Shown here piece after piece: positions 45,056 to 55,557 of a stretch of 64,000 bases of DNA (within the stretch, counting starts at the first letter, position 1; the number at the start of each line of letters is the position of its first letter). Source of the DNA: a virus (lineage: Duplodnaviria; Caudoviricetes); IMG/VR virus record IMGVR_UViG_3300025030_000042; one strand, written 5' to 3'. The notes beneath the pieces are model-generated. The model made no database searches. It worked only from the letters and a program-made list of their open reading frames with translations, and was not told where the DNA came from. A program made the position numbers and the translations under genes.

Positions 45056-45899
45056 TCACCTCCTGATTTGCTCCGCATTCATCACAAGTAACGAGCTGTT
45101 TAAACTCAATATTTGGAACAAGTTCGGCATATGTATTTCGTAAATATTTGCTATCGCTTGCCGGCATTACTTTTAAAAACTGATCAATAAGATCCTTTTT
45201 CATTACCCCGTTCAAAGATACAACATATTGTTTCATTTGATCCAATAGAGGAGTTTCTTGAAGTTTCTTTTGTTTTCGCAAAGCGGATGTTTCGGACAGA
45301 TATGTTTCATCTTGACCGGTCAGCAATCGGCATTCAACCGAAACATTTGTTTTCGGCAATACGAAAGAAAAAGTTTTTGTTTCTTCGTTTAAAAATGCTT
45401 TGTATTGTTCTTTCTTCTCTTCTGAAAGAATACCTTCGTTCTGGGTAACATTTTTAAGATCGAATGTATGCTCTTTTACATCCGCACACGCAGAACAAGG
45501 AATGGAAACCTTATATTCTTCTCCATACCCCGTTATTCTTGTTGCCACGATTATTGCGTTGCGATCTCCAGAAGTTAAAAACTCCGGTCGTATTTTTCGA
45601 TCGACCAATATACTTTCGATCAACTTTTCAATAGCAACGCCCTTTTTAAGATACGATTGATTTGCCAAGATATCTTCTTGCGGAGTGGACATATATCTGA
45701 TTTCCACATCCTTTTTCATAAAAAGTGGATGTTCTGAAATATAAAATCTTCCTTGTGACGGCAATGTTACAAACTCTGTAGGGTTTGTCCATTTTAATAA
45801 TGAATCTTGATTGGGTATCGGAGGATCTGAAGATATTGCTTTTACACCACCTTCTCCAGAAATGCGTTCGGCATTACGAGAACTTGGATTGTCTGACAT
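45018..45899 (-). CDS. Tail assembly / baseplate hub chaperone (T4 gp26-like)
   Basis: LPSQGRFY, RYMSTPQEDIL, GDRNAIIVATRITGYG, CSAC and CDEC, directly after the tail tube gene. Confidence 0.8.
   Translation of the reverse strand: MSDNPSSRNAERISGEGGVKAISSDPPIPNQDSLLKWTNPTEFVTLPSQGRFYISEHPLFMKKDVEIRYMSTPQEDILANQSYLKKGVAIEKLIESILVDRKIRPEFLTSGDRNAIIVATRITGYGEEYKVSIPCSACADVKEHTFDLKNVTQNEGILSEEKKEQYKAFLNEETKTFSFVLPKTNVSVECRLLTGQDETYLSETSALRKQKKLQETPLLDQMKQYVVSLNGVMKKDLIDQFLKVMPASDSKYLRNTYAELVPNIEFKQLVTCDECGANQEVNVPFGASFFWFK
45029..45035 (-). other. U7 candidate +1 ribosomal slippery site
   Basis: AGC UUU UUU UGG. A +1 shift re-pairs both tRNA-Phe perfectly and enters the downstream ORF at FFGL. 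Confidence 0.6.
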
Positions 45900-45927
45900 T
45901 TTTCACCTTTATTTGTTTTGATTGTTT

Positions 45928-46446
45928 TTACGCAGGAACACTTTCACCAGCGCCGGTCATTGTAGCATAGTCATAACGAATCGTTAGTTTAATCTCTGTA
46001 AGATCGCTATTTTCATATGCCAACTCGCCAAACTCTGCCTTTTGAACCCAAGCGTTAACGAGATTCCATTCCTCAATAACATTGTCACCTTCGGCGCCGA
46101 TTTGTTGAATCATTACTTGTCCCAAAGCACCGACCGCGCGGGCTTTAGAAATCGTCGATGTGTTATTGGGATTTAAGGGAAATACGTATCCCGAGTTTAT
46201 TAAAATATCTTGTATCGTTTTTGAAGCGTCTGGTGATGCTGGGTCTATAAGAACGATATCAATGGGTTCCCACTCAACTCTTCCTGGGTAATAGAAGGAA
46301 TGGTTAAGGTAGGCGTGCTTGCTTTCATCGATCGACCATTTTGGTTTACCAGTAGATTTTACAAACCAAGTTGGACGACCACCAAGGTATAGAAGCCAGC
46401 GAAAGTTTCGTTTTGGTTCTGTGTTAATATCGCTAAAAAATGCCAT
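45928..46446 (-). CDS. Tail tube protein (T4 gp19-like)
   Basis: PKRNFRW, KPKW, YYPGRVEW..I.I...D, EEWNLVNAW, L.Y..S...I.LTIRYDYA. Confidence 0.9.
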   Translation of the reverse strand: MAFFSDINTEPKRNFRWLLYLGGRPTWFVKSTGKPKWSIDESKHAYLNHSFYYPGRVEWEPIDIVLIDPASPDASKTIQDILINSGYVFPLNPNNTSTISKARAVGALGQVMIQQIGAEGDNVIEEWNLVNAWVQKAEFGELAYENSDLTEIKLTIRYDYATMTGAGESVPA

Positions 46447-46495
46447 CGATTTGATTGTTCTCCTTTGAAATCCTATTATATATAGTTTTTAAAAC

Positions 46496-47404
46496 TTAAA
46501 TATTCACCCAAGTTTTATAATGAATAATAGAATGTAATGTTGAAACATTAATATCATATTCTTTAGAAAGTTGAGAATAACTATATGTTCCGGTCGAATA
46601 TTTTCTTCGTATCTCTATAACCTTTTCACAAGTAAGTTTTGTGGTTGGATGATTTTCTCCGCATTTTTTAATATAAATATAATCTTCATTTTTCCAGTTT
46701 TTATTGTTTATAATACTTTGAATAGATGATATTTTTGTATTATATTCATCCGCCAAATCACCATATGTATACAATCCGGATTGATATTTTTCTCTAATCT
46801 CATTTGCCTTTTCTATAGAAAATAAAAAGTTTTTCCCTTTTCTGATTTTAAGTGGTTTATAATCTTCATCTTTCCAAATTTTATTTTTTAATATTCTTTC
46901 GGCGTGTCCCTTTTTAAGATTATATTTTTTATTTATATCACAAATAAACATATTTGTTTTAGCATAATCTTCTCTTATATGATTTACTATTTCCCAAGTT
47001 AAAATAGACCGTGAATGATTTTCTCCACTATTTTTTTCTTTTGCTTCTTTAGACCAAAATCTTGTATTAAAATAAAATTTTATATCATAATGACAGTTAT
47101 ATCCCTTTAAATCACTACAAGAATCTAATGCTTTTATTCACATTTTTTCTTTATTTACAATATCTTCTGGATTTTCATTTTTTTCTAGAATAATGAACTT
47201 AAAGTTTTCTTCTCCATATTTATTAAATGAGTTTTGTAAATGTTTATTGAAATGTTTTTGTTTTTTAAGTTTTCTATAATGAGTTTTAAGTCTAACTTTA
47301 AAATCAAGAGTTGCTCCAACATATTTTTTATCATTGATAATATTTTTAATACAATATATTCCCGATATTTCTTTTACACTTAAATAGTCAAAATCATTTA
47401 ACAT
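46496..47404 (-). pseudogene. GIY-YIG homing endonuclease with 3 HTH repeats, interrupted by an in-frame TGA (47138-47140)
   Basis: GIYCI...YVG...R...H. The frame continues after TGA (IKALDSCSDLKGYN) into the 46496-46951 ORF, 303 codons in total. Confidence 0.85.
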
Positions 47405-47441
47405 TTCTTATTCTTACACAAAAGATCTTTTTTGTCAAGAT

Positions 47442-50378
47442 TTAATCTGCGAACGAAGCCCCACTATTCGTAATATTAAAGTCGATCGCAATAAACTCGA
47501 TTGATTTCGCTGGTTTTAAATACAGAATAGCATAGAGCAAATTTTGATCAATAGCGCTAGCATCAGTTGTGCTTTCATCTAACTTGAACAACCATTCCGT
47601 TACACCCAACCGCACCTGAACGCTTCGCATAAATGGCTCAACTTTTGATCTAAATCTTGCCCATGTTTCTTTTGTATTTTGAGAAAAAAGAATCGTCGCC
47701 GCCATTCTACTAACTTCTTTCTTCAAATAAATAAGCAACCGGCGAACATTAATACGATCAAGAGCACTCGGCGTAACTTGAAGTGTTTTATTCCCAAAGA
47801 TTACAATACCTTCGTTCGGGAACTTGGCAATCGGATTAATATTGGCAGCATAAAGTTTATCCCTTTGTTTAACTGTTAGTTGCTCCCGCACTCCAAGAAC
47901 CGGAACGCCCGCCGAACCTTCCGTCAACCCACCTCTCGTAAATCCTGCTGGGGCAAACCAGATTTCACTCTTTGTTTCGCTACTTCCCATCGTTCCCAGA
48001 GCGACGATTGATGGAGGCGCCCAGAGAACTGCATCATTGACGGTATCTCGAATTTGAACCCAAGGATAATAAGCACAACCGTAAGAACTATTAATACCTC
48101 TTTGCTGAAGATTGCTAATGGTTGTATCAACATCCCCTCGGTTTCCAGCGGCATTATCACCATTTGTATTTTCTGTTGACGGTATAAAACCACCCTTTAG
48201 ATCGATAATCGCAAGACTATCTGCCCTTTCTTCACAAACATTGAGCATATGTAAAGTTAGAGATTCATTTGTAATGCCCGGCATTGCCATAACATTACTT
48301 TCTACAACTTCTGGGTCTCTAACTGAATCTACCGCGCGCTTAACACTATTATACGCATAGTTCGTTAGTTCAGTTCCACCTTCGAGATCGGTGTTATTGA
48401 AAGGTTCTTTTTCTGTGATATCCAACCCATCAAAACCACCGAATAGTGGAGCAGTAAAACGATCAAATCCAGAAGTCAATACCTTCTTATAATTCGTCGC
48501 GTCGGCAGCCGTGATCGAAGTTCCTGCCGCTCTACTACCAGATACATAAACGGCATGTAGACTCGAAAGACTACTACCCGATAGATCGTCCAATGAGAAA
48601 ATGAAAGAATGCTCCGTTTCTCCGGCAGTTGCGGCAAAAGTATCAAATCCAACCGGTAGTGGACGAATCAAATCGCCATATCCTACATCAAATCGAGTCG
48701 TTGAGTTATTTAGCGCCGTACTAATCCCGAAATAAGCATCTTGTGGATTTGATAGATTTCCATCGGAACTTGATACACGAAGTGGAAGTGACGGAAATAA
48801 GAATGAACCCGTATATGTATGATATCCAAGGCTGCTCGAGCCTGCATTGACAACATCCGATCCGGTAACTCCGGAGCGACAAATATCACCAGTAGCACCT
48901 TTTACAAATGCTGCCGAGAAATCGTTACCATCCGCACTTACACCATAGTTTTGGAAAGCATCCGCACCACCGATAATCGCAAATCCAAGCGGGCGAATCG
49001 GACCAAAAACACCAAATGGAAGAACTTCCACATTTACACCGCCAGCTTGAACATCCGTATTCATTTCCACACGAACAAACTTGGAGCGGTTGTCGTAGTT
49101 GCCATATTCACGGAACCTACGATCGGTGTCATCCCAAGTTACATATCGATCGCCGATTTTACGAGCAATATAGTTGATTGAGTTTGGATTTAGATTACAT
49201 CCACTATAACGCTCGATCGCTTGAATAGAATTATCGCTATCTTGTGCTCGTCTCAAGATAACCGTAAATGTTCCATATGGATCTGCTGGATTTGTGGACG
49301 CCTTAATATCTTGAATGGAAATCTTTATATTTTGTTGTGTCCACTCGCCAGTATCAAGACAATGAAACTTGAAAAGTTTGGTCATACTCTGGGGTTGATA
49401 AGAGTTTGATCCGCCCGAAACAACCGAAAGGTCTTGCGAAAAGAACCAACCAGATTGGGCTGCTTGAGCACCAAATCTAAAATCACCACCTTCTTTTGTT
49501 CCGGAGTCACCTTTGAGACCTAAAATAATACCATAGTTTTCTCCGGTTCCGCCGGTAACATATGTATCAAGATGTCTTTCGTATGTTTGACCAAGCCAAT
49601 AAGAAGCAGTATTGGCACCCAAAGATATATCTGGATTTGTAAGGGTCGGATTTGTATTGAAAACCTTGCGAATATACTTTGGAGAGTTGATATTAAAGTT
49701 AAATGTAGTTGTGTTGACCACATTTCCTTGAGCATTACGAATAATCGCCTTAAACTCTTTATTGCTACCAAGAGATTTAATAAGAATCGCAGAACCAGAA
49801 GCGGTAGCAGTAGAAGTATTTGAACGAGACGAACCGGTTAGAGTAATGGAACCCTCGTTAAAATACCAAACGGCAGCCAAAGCGCCGGTTGTTGGCGCAG
49901 GATCTCTCGTCGAACCCAAAGAATCGCCAGATCCGGAATCAATGATAAAAAGACCATAAGCGCCACCGCCAGCATCGACATTATCGAGTCCGTTTGAAAC
50001 TCCAGCCGCATCTTTCGTTTCAAAACCAGCTTCGCCGGCAGTTGTAGCATTTGTATGTTGAGTTCCCAAGAGGCGAACATAAGTTAGAGGAGAGTTATTT
50101 CTCAAATAGGCTTGAGCCGCATAGGCACCATACATTGGAGCGGTTTTGTTACCCTCGCGCCATACGTCGCCACCCTGTCCTCCGGCGACCGGATCACCAA
50201 ATATTTGGACCCATTCAGAAAATGATTCAACTTTAACCGGTCGCATACCAGGACCGCGTTGGGCGCGACCAATGACGATAGGACCGATTTTATCGGATTT
50301 TTTCGGGGTCTGGGAGTTGTCTATTTCTTGGATCGCCACGCCCGGAGATATTAGCTTGTATTTCTCATAACCTGCCAT
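47442..50378 (-). CDS. Tail sheath protein (T4 gp18-like)
   Basis: ISPGV.IQEID, GGFDG, SYGCAYYPW, WFAPAG.RG, INPI..FP..GIVIFGNKTL, RINVRRL, IEFIAIDF. Confidence 0.95.
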   Translation of the reverse strand: MAGYEKYKLISPGVAIQEIDNSQTPKKSDKIGPIVIGRAQRGPGMRPVKVESFSEWVQIFGDPVAGGQGGDVWREGNKTAPMYGAYAAQAYLRNNSPLTYVRLLGTQHTNATTAGEAGFETKDAAGVSNGLDNVDAGGGAYGLFIIDSGSGDSLGSTRDPAPTTGALAAVWYFNEGSITLTGSSRSNTSTATASGSAILIKSLGSNKEFKAIIRNAQGNVVNTTTFNFNINSPKYIRKVFNTNPTLTNPDISLGANTASYWLGQTYERHLDTYVTGGTGENYGIILGLKGDSGTKEGGDFRFGAQAAQSGWFFSQDLSVVSGGSNSYQPQSMTKLFKFHCLDTGEWTQQNIKISIQDIKASTNPADPYGTFTVILRRAQDSDNSIQAIERYSGCNLNPNSINYIARKIGDRYVTWDDTDRRFREYGNYDNRSKFVRVEMNTDVQAGGVNVEVLPFGVFGPIRPLGFAIIGGADAFQNYGVSADGNDFSAAFVKGATGDICRSGVTGSDVVNAGSSSLGYHTYTGSFLFPSLPLRVSSSDGNLSNPQDAYFGISTALNNSTTRFDVGYGDLIRPLPVGFDTFAATAGETEHSFIFSLDDLSGSSLSSLHAVYVSGSRAAGTSITAADATNYKKVLTSGFDRFTAPLFGGFDGLDITEKEPFNNTDLEGGTELTNYAYNSVKRAVDSVRDPEVVESNVMAMPGITNESLTLHMLNVCEERADSLAIIDLKGGFIPSTENTNGDNAAGNRGDVDTTISNLQQRGINSSYGCAYYPWVQIRDTVNDAVLWAPPSIVALGTMGSSETKSEIWFAPAGFTRGGLTEGSAGVPVLGVREQLTVKQRDKLYAANINPIAKFPNEGIVIFGNKTLQVTPSALDRINVRRLLIYLKKEVSRMAATILFSQNTKETWARFRSKVEPFMRSVQVRLGVTEWLFKLDESTTDASAIDQNLLYAILYLKPAKSIEFIAIDFNITNSGASFAD

Positions 50379-50419
50379 TTTTATATTATTCTCCTCTGAA
50401 TAAGAAAATCTTTCAATAG

Positions 50420-50426
50420 TAAATAG
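50420..50426 (-). promoter_or_regulatory. Candidate late promoter motif CTATTTA
   Basis: Upstream of the sheath gene. Confidence 0.55.
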
Positions 50427-50469
50427 TTGGTAGGATTTGTAAAAGTAGACGGGATACTAAAAAGGAAGA

Positions 50470-51348
50470 CTATTCATTATTTATTTTCATCGTCCCCACA
50501 AACCCTTGATTCTTTGGATCCTTTGATTGCTCATTAACATCTCCAACGATCGATCTCTCTCTATTAAATCTAATAGCAACGGCATTCTCTCTCACCACAA
50601 TATTCGGTTGTTCTTGATTTTTATCCATTCCAATCAAATGTCCCAAAACCTTTATTGGAATGGTCGTTTCATATTTTTTTTCGTTTTCTCCAGTATTCGC
50701 AAGATTATTAGAAAGTTTAAAATCTTGATCAATAAAACCTTCATATCGATGTCCTTCGTATTTACATATAAAATAGTTGATACCACCGGTTTGTGTTAAA
50801 AATGGTTGTAATATTTCATTCATTTGTTGTTGATATAAAGTTCTAACGATAACATTATATGTAACTTCCACATATACTGGCATAGGTATTGAATATGTGT
50901 TATATACTATTTTTTTATTTTGACGCGGAAAGTTTATTTGACCAGTTTTTCTTTTTGAATCCGCGTTCGCAAAGTTAGAAGTTTTATCTTGATTGATTTC
51001 TCTCGCTATTGTTATTGACCCACCTTTTTCATCACCAACCGCCGGAACATTTCCCCAAGCGGAGCCTTTTTTTGTTGGATCTTTTACAACCGAAACTCTT
51101 TCGATCGATATCAAAGGAAGATTGACCATTCCTTCAAGATCGGTCGCTTCTTTTGATCGTTTTGTTAGAAAGGCTCGTTCGGCGGTTAGCCAAATAATAT
51201 CAACCTTTTCCCAGCCTTCGACGGTGGAACAAAAAATATTTAATGTATTGTCCAACCAATTGTTAAACGCTCGATCGATTGTTTCGATTGAACTTTCTTG
51301 AAATGGTATTTTTTTTATTTTTGCCAGCTCTTGTTTTGGTTGCGACAT
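50470..51348 (-). CDS. Tail completion / terminator protein (gp15-like)
   Basis: LPLISIER, PMPVYVEVTY.VIV, position upstream of sheath. Confidence 0.7.
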   Translation of the reverse strand: MSQPKQELAKIKKIPFQESSIETIDRAFNNWLDNTLNIFCSTVEGWEKVDIIWLTAERAFLTKRSKEATDLEGMVNLPLISIERVSVVKDPTKKGSAWGNVPAVGDEKGGSITIAREINQDKTSNFANADSKRKTGQINFPRQNKKIVYNTYSIPMPVYVEVTYNVIVRTLYQQQMNEILQPFLTQTGGINYFICKYEGHRYEGFIDQDFKLSNNLANTGENEKKYETTIPIKVLGHLIGMDKNQEQPNIVVRENAVAIRFNRERSIVGDVNEQSKDPKNQGFVGTMKINNE

Positions 51349-51839
51349 TACAGATTAAAAGTCCCCTTTCGCGCTCTTATACAGGTTGCCGATATTTCAA
51401 TCTTATGTTCGACATATCCAAATAACTGTCGCGGTTCGTTTAATGTAACAAGTTCGTATAAAAAATTCCCATAAAGCAAATGATCACCAATCTTCACTTC
51501 AAGGTTTTGATCTTCCGTCAACCTTCTTTTATGAAAATGAACGACAATGCTGCTCTTTTTATCAACACCGATATTTGATGTATCCGTTGTTTGACCTTCC
51601 CATTCAATCAAAGCATATACTCTTATTGGATCGAGAAAGTTTTTTTCTATACACTCGCCATATAACGAATGATAGTTTGAATGTTCAAGAGATATGGGAT
51701 AATATACAATCTCTTGACCGATTATTCGTTCAAGGATTTCATCATTTATTTGTTTTACATAATCCCGTTCCTTATCGCCAAAGAATAACTTTGGTGGCGG
51801 GTTTGTCGGTCTTGTAAACTTGTTATTTTGATCGGACAT
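51348..51839 (-). CDS. Head closure / neck protein (gp14-like)
   Basis: IIGQEIVYY, HSLYGE..EK.F..P, GDHL.Y...YE. Confidence 0.75.
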   Translation of the reverse strand: MSDQNNKFTRPTNPPPKLFFGDKERDYVKQINDEILERIIGQEIVYYPISLEHSNYHSLYGECIEKNFLDPIRVYALIEWEGQTTDTSNIGVDKKSSIVVHFHKRRLTEDQNLEVKIGDHLLYGNFLYELVTLNEPRQLFGYVEHKIEISATCIRARKGTFNL

Positions 51840-53423
51840 TTATTTTAGTTCTTTTGAATAAGCTTTAACCAATATTTCTTCTGATAGATCTTTATTATTG
51901 TCGACAAAATAAATAAACTTTTTTATAGCTTCTAAATGTTTTGATTCTGTATTTCTTGAAAGATTGCCTATTTTAAAAAGAATATTTGCGTTTCCATATT
52001 TTTCGTCGTATGTTCTTATCGACATACTTAAATATTCTTTAAAAAAGTTTACCACCCTACTTTCATTTAATGGTAGTTTAAGTTGTTGATCATTTTCTCT
52101 TGTTTTCATAAAAATATCTGTTACAAATATAAATGTTGAATCTCTCAAAACATCAATATTAATATCTGGAATCCTTACATCAAGCTCCACATTAATGCTA
52201 TTATCTTTCTCATCAACCCAAAAATGATTAAAATCTTCGTTCTTTATTTCATTTATAAACTTTGTATATTCAGAAACTTCCACATATCCCGCTTGCTCCA
52301 AATATCGATATATTTCTTCTTTGGCTTGAGAAAAGTTTTCATCCATATCTTTTACTCGTTCGGCAAAACTTTCAAATCCATCTTCATCATTATTTTCTTC
52401 GCTACTAAATAAAATATCTATTTTATTTGACTCAAGTTCAACTTCTCCATATATATCATTTTTATGGAAGATATCTTCTATTTTATCTCGCAAATCTCTA
52501 TCTTTCCAAGAAAAATCTTGTTTCAAATCGTCAAACTCAATACCACCCCACCCCGAAAAATACAAATAATTCCCTTCTCCATCATCTTCAATAGAATAAT
52601 CCACCGAACAATATTCCATTTGATTATTATAACTATCTCTTATTTGTTGAAGTCTTTCTTCATCAAACTGAAGTTCTGGGAGATTATCTTTTGCGTGTTC
52701 TTCCATTTTGGATTTCAGTTGTCTATATATTTGTTCTCCTTTCTCGTCATCAACTTTTACATTTCTTATTATTTGAATAGTCGCACTTCTTTCTGATATT
52801 CTGCTATCTTGCGTATCATATATTTCTTCCAAACCACCTCTTCCAAAAACAAACACCAAACGCCTGCCGGCATCATCTTCCGGAAGATTTTCGTTTCTTA
52901 AAAAATAGAATACTTTTCCTTGACTCGTATAACTTTTAAAATAGTTTTTTGATTTTGTCGCCGCAATACACCAATGTGTATTTCGTCCGTAATAACAAGA
53001 TGCTTCTTCTGTATTGGGTCTTACAACAAAAAAGTTTTCATCTTCATAAATGATTTCAGAACCTTCTATGGCAACTTCTTTTTTCTTTTTTCTTTTTTCT
53101 TGTCCCGATTGACCAAGATTTTCAACAGTATTCTTCAAATCTTCTAAAGATTGATATTTATTGATATCTTTTTCTTTTATTCGTTGTAGATTTTGATGGA
53201 AAATTTTAACAACATTAACAACATTTTGTAAACTACCTGTGTTTACATATTGATTCATCATCCAATCAAGATATTTATTATTTCCAGATGGGTCATTTTT
53301 GGACAAAACATCCACTACGCTTTGATGATCTGGATACTTTTTCTTAACATCCTCCAATCGCCCTTCAAAAAGTTCGTCTTCGGATATAAACTTCCGAAAA
53401 TTTTCAAAAAGTCTTTGAATCAT
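51840..53423 (-). CDS. PcfJ-like domain protein; probable internal head protein
   Basis: DPSGNNKYLDW and RP.T.EASCYYG.NT.WC motifs. N-terminal LFE propeptide-like motifs. Likely start 53423. Confidence 0.55.
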   Translation of the reverse strand: MIQRLFENFRKFISEDELFEGRLEDVKKKYPDHQSVVDVLSKNDPSGNNKYLDWMMNQYVNTGSLQNVVNVVKIFHQNLQRIKEKDINKYQSLEDLKNTVENLGQSGQEKRKKKKEVAIEGSEIIYEDENFFVVRPNTEEASCYYGRNTHWCIAATKSKNYFKSYTSQGKVFYFLRNENLPEDDAGRRLVFVFGRGGLEEIYDTQDSRISERSATIQIIRNVKVDDEKGEQIYRQLKSKMEEHAKDNLPELQFDEERLQQIRDSYNNQMEYCSVDYSIEDDGEGNYLYFSGWGGIEFDDLKQDFSWKDRDLRDKIEDIFHKNDIYGEVELESNKIDILFSSEENNDEDGFESFAERVKDMDENFSQAKEEIYRYLEQAGYVEVSEYTKFINEIKNEDFNHFWVDEKDNSINVELDVRIPDINIDVLRDSTFIFVTDIFMKTRENDQQLKLPLNESRVVNFFKEYLSMSIRTYDEKYGNANILFKIGNLSRNTESKHLEAIKKFIYFVDNNKDLSEEILVKAYSKELK

Positions 53424-53425
53424 TT

Positions 53426-54202
53426 TTACTGTTGTCCCTTGGATATTCTTATTGCCGATTGTATTTTTGTTGAAAACGGACCAATAACCTTTTGCCAATA
53501 TGCGGACACCTTGCTTCCAAGTTTCGCAAAATCATCAAAAAGTTCCGGTTCCGTATTTGATAACACTTGAACCTTTTTCAAAGCGAGATTCATAAGATCC
53601 GAACCTTCACCCGTCAACTTCGTTATATCCGTAACATTTTTTGCTTTATTTAAATCATCAATCCAAGCGATTGTCTTGGCGATTGTATCCGACATATCTC
53701 CTCTTGTATGTTTGTCGTATTCCACAAGAAATCCTTTCAATCCATTTATTGTTTTTTGATCAACGATTTCTTTACCTTGACTTACTGCCGCTTCAGCATT
53801 GCTGGCAAATAAAGACATTGCTCCAAAAACAACCACCGATGTCAAAGTTGCGACGGCAAGTTGACAAGCGGTTTTATGATTTTGACAAAATATCCCAATC
53901 TTTTTTGCCATAGCACTCAATACTTTCAATCCGCTAAATAGTGTTTTTGATCCTCTGGAAATATATTCTATTGCTTCCACGGATTTTTTCAAAATGAAGT
54001 CGGAAACCTTTTTCCATAGGTTTTTTATTTTTGTTGCCGTCCAATCTTTTGCTTTGGCGAGAACACTCCAAATGTCTTCGTTTAAGGTTTGTTCGATTTC
54101 GTTTAATGAGTGTTGTTCCCATAAAAGAACCTTTCTTTCAAATAAATATATTTGAACTTCTTCTTTTATAAGTTCTTGAAGATATTGATGATTTATTTTC
54201 AT
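53426..54202 (-). CDS. Hypothetical protein; probable internal head protein
   Basis: N-terminal run of L/I-x-E motifs, then amphipathic and TM-like helices. Confidence 0.55.
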   Translation of the reverse strand: MKINHQYLQELIKEEVQIYLFERKVLLWEQHSLNEIEQTLNEDIWSVLAKAKDWTATKIKNLWKKVSDFILKKSVEAIEYISRGSKTLFSGLKVLSAMAKKIGIFCQNHKTACQLAVATLTSVVVFGAMSLFASNAEAAVSQGKEIVDQKTINGLKGFLVEYDKHTRGDMSDTIAKTIAWIDDLNKAKNVTDITKLTGEGSDLMNLALKKVQVLSNTEPELFDDFAKLGSKVSAYWQKVIGPFSTKIQSAIRISKGQQ

Positions 54203-54207
54203 TGTCG

Positions 54208-55494
54208 TTAACCCATAAAAATAAGCATTGGTATTTGATCGGCGATTTTTTCGCTACTTTCGGCGATCTTGGCATCTTTTTCTGCCAACTTCTCATATGT
54301 TAGTTCGTCAAGAAGTTCTTTCAGTTCTTTTCGCAGTTCTTCTTTTTCTTCCTTTGCTTGCGAAAGAAGTTCGGGACCATTTAAGGTTACTTCACCATTC
54401 GGAATGGGAACCGAAGCGATCTTTGAACGAATATTTCCCAATATTTCTTTTGTTAGAGCAAGAGCATATCGTTTTATCCACATTTTACCAATACCATTGA
54501 TATTTTCAAACGGTAGTTGAGAAAATGGAAGACTGTTCACATTGTTTATTCCATCAATGCCAATCGTTCGGTTTGTATCTTCTTCCCATCCGTTTCCGGC
54601 AACAGAAAACTTTATCCACATTTTACTGGGAGATCCAGAAGAAGGAGGTGGAAATAAACGAAGCTTATTATTTTTAAGTTCATATGAATAGTGACTGTTT
54701 CTTACCCAAATCGCATCTTCATAGTTCATTGCTTGAAGTCTATTCTGCCACACCGGAATGACTTCAAAAGTTGAATCATCGGAATATTGACCGTAGTTGG
54801 TTAGGTTTCCAACAACATTGAGACCACCGTAAAACCCATAAAATCTCCACATTGCTTGTGGTGTTTTATAGTATACTTTTGTTACCAATATTTTTTTGTT
54901 GCCCACCTTTCCGTAATATTCTGCACCCGAAACATCCGATGCCGATACGATCGTCTGAAGATCATAATCTTGAAGACCACGAGTTACGGTAAACGAAGCA
55001 GAATATTCGGTTATGCTACCGCCAACTCCGGAATCCGCACCGACACCATCAAATACTCGTTTAGCGTATCCAAAGGAAAACTTTGGATATTTTAGATTTA
55101 TATGAGTTCCAGAAAGATCGGTTTTGAGTTGACTTGTCTTTAGAACACCATCTTGATCAAATGTTCCGGTGGCTTGACCAAGAAGACTGCTCAAGGTATT
55201 CTTTGCTTGGTGTTGATTTAAAATATAGGAATATTCAAGAGTTGACTCTTCGTAGGCGCCATAAACATTCGCCGGCACGATTTCAAGATCGAGAACATCG
55301 CCACCAAGGCGATAATATGTAAATGCGACTTGATCGACCGCGCCGGAAATGAAATCGGTTGAATAAAAGTCCGAAGTTGGATCAGAATATATCTGAAACG
55401 GACAACCGGCATTTACTAATGTTGCCGATCCGGTTGATGTCAAAACGGAAACCGATGTATTTGAAGTAGGGGTTAATGTAGGATAAGCCGACAA
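54208..55494 (-). CDS. Head-tail adaptor / neck protein (gp13-like)
   Basis: LGGDVLDLEI, WIKRYALALTKEILG.IRSK...IP.G.VTLNG..L..A..E...L..EL. Confidence 0.8.
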   Translation of the reverse strand: MSAYPTLTPTSNTSVSVLTSTGSATLVNAGCPFQIYSDPTSDFYSTDFISGAVDQVAFTYYRLGGDVLDLEIVPANVYGAYEESTLEYSYILNQHQAKNTLSSLLGQATGTFDQDGVLKTSQLKTDLSGTHINLKYPKFSFGYAKRVFDGVGADSGVGGSITEYSASFTVTRGLQDYDLQTIVSASDVSGAEYYGKVGNKKILVTKVYYKTPQAMWRFYGFYGGLNVVGNLTNYGQYSDDSTFEVIPVWQNRLQAMNYEDAIWVRNSHYSYELKNNKLRLFPPPSSGSPSKMWIKFSVAGNGWEEDTNRTIGIDGINNVNSLPFSQLPFENINGIGKMWIKRYALALTKEILGNIRSKIASVPIPNGEVTLNGPELLSQAKEEKEELRKELKELLDELTYEKLAEKDAKIAESSEKIADQIPMLIFMG

Positions 55495-55525
55495 ATCATA
55501 TAAATCTCCATTGGTTTGCTATAGA

Positions 55526-55532
55526 TAAATAG
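55526..55532 (-). promoter_or_regulatory. Candidate late promoter motif CTATTTA
   Basis: Upstream of the neck gene. Confidence 0.55.
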
Positions 55533-55557
55533 TTGGTGGGCATCATAAAAGAAAATG

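Noticed and set aside
47138-47140. Genome-wide TGA recoding (genetic code 4 or 25)
   Set aside because: Only one in-frame TGA was found, in a selfish gene. TGG is used throughout, and TGA terminates coupled genes (e.g. 2432, 9571, 20640, 27208).
55494-55510. Frameshift at the start of the neck gene (out-of-frame ATG after GGAG)
   Set aside because: An in-frame TTG about 11 nt after the same SD explains the start without invoking an error.
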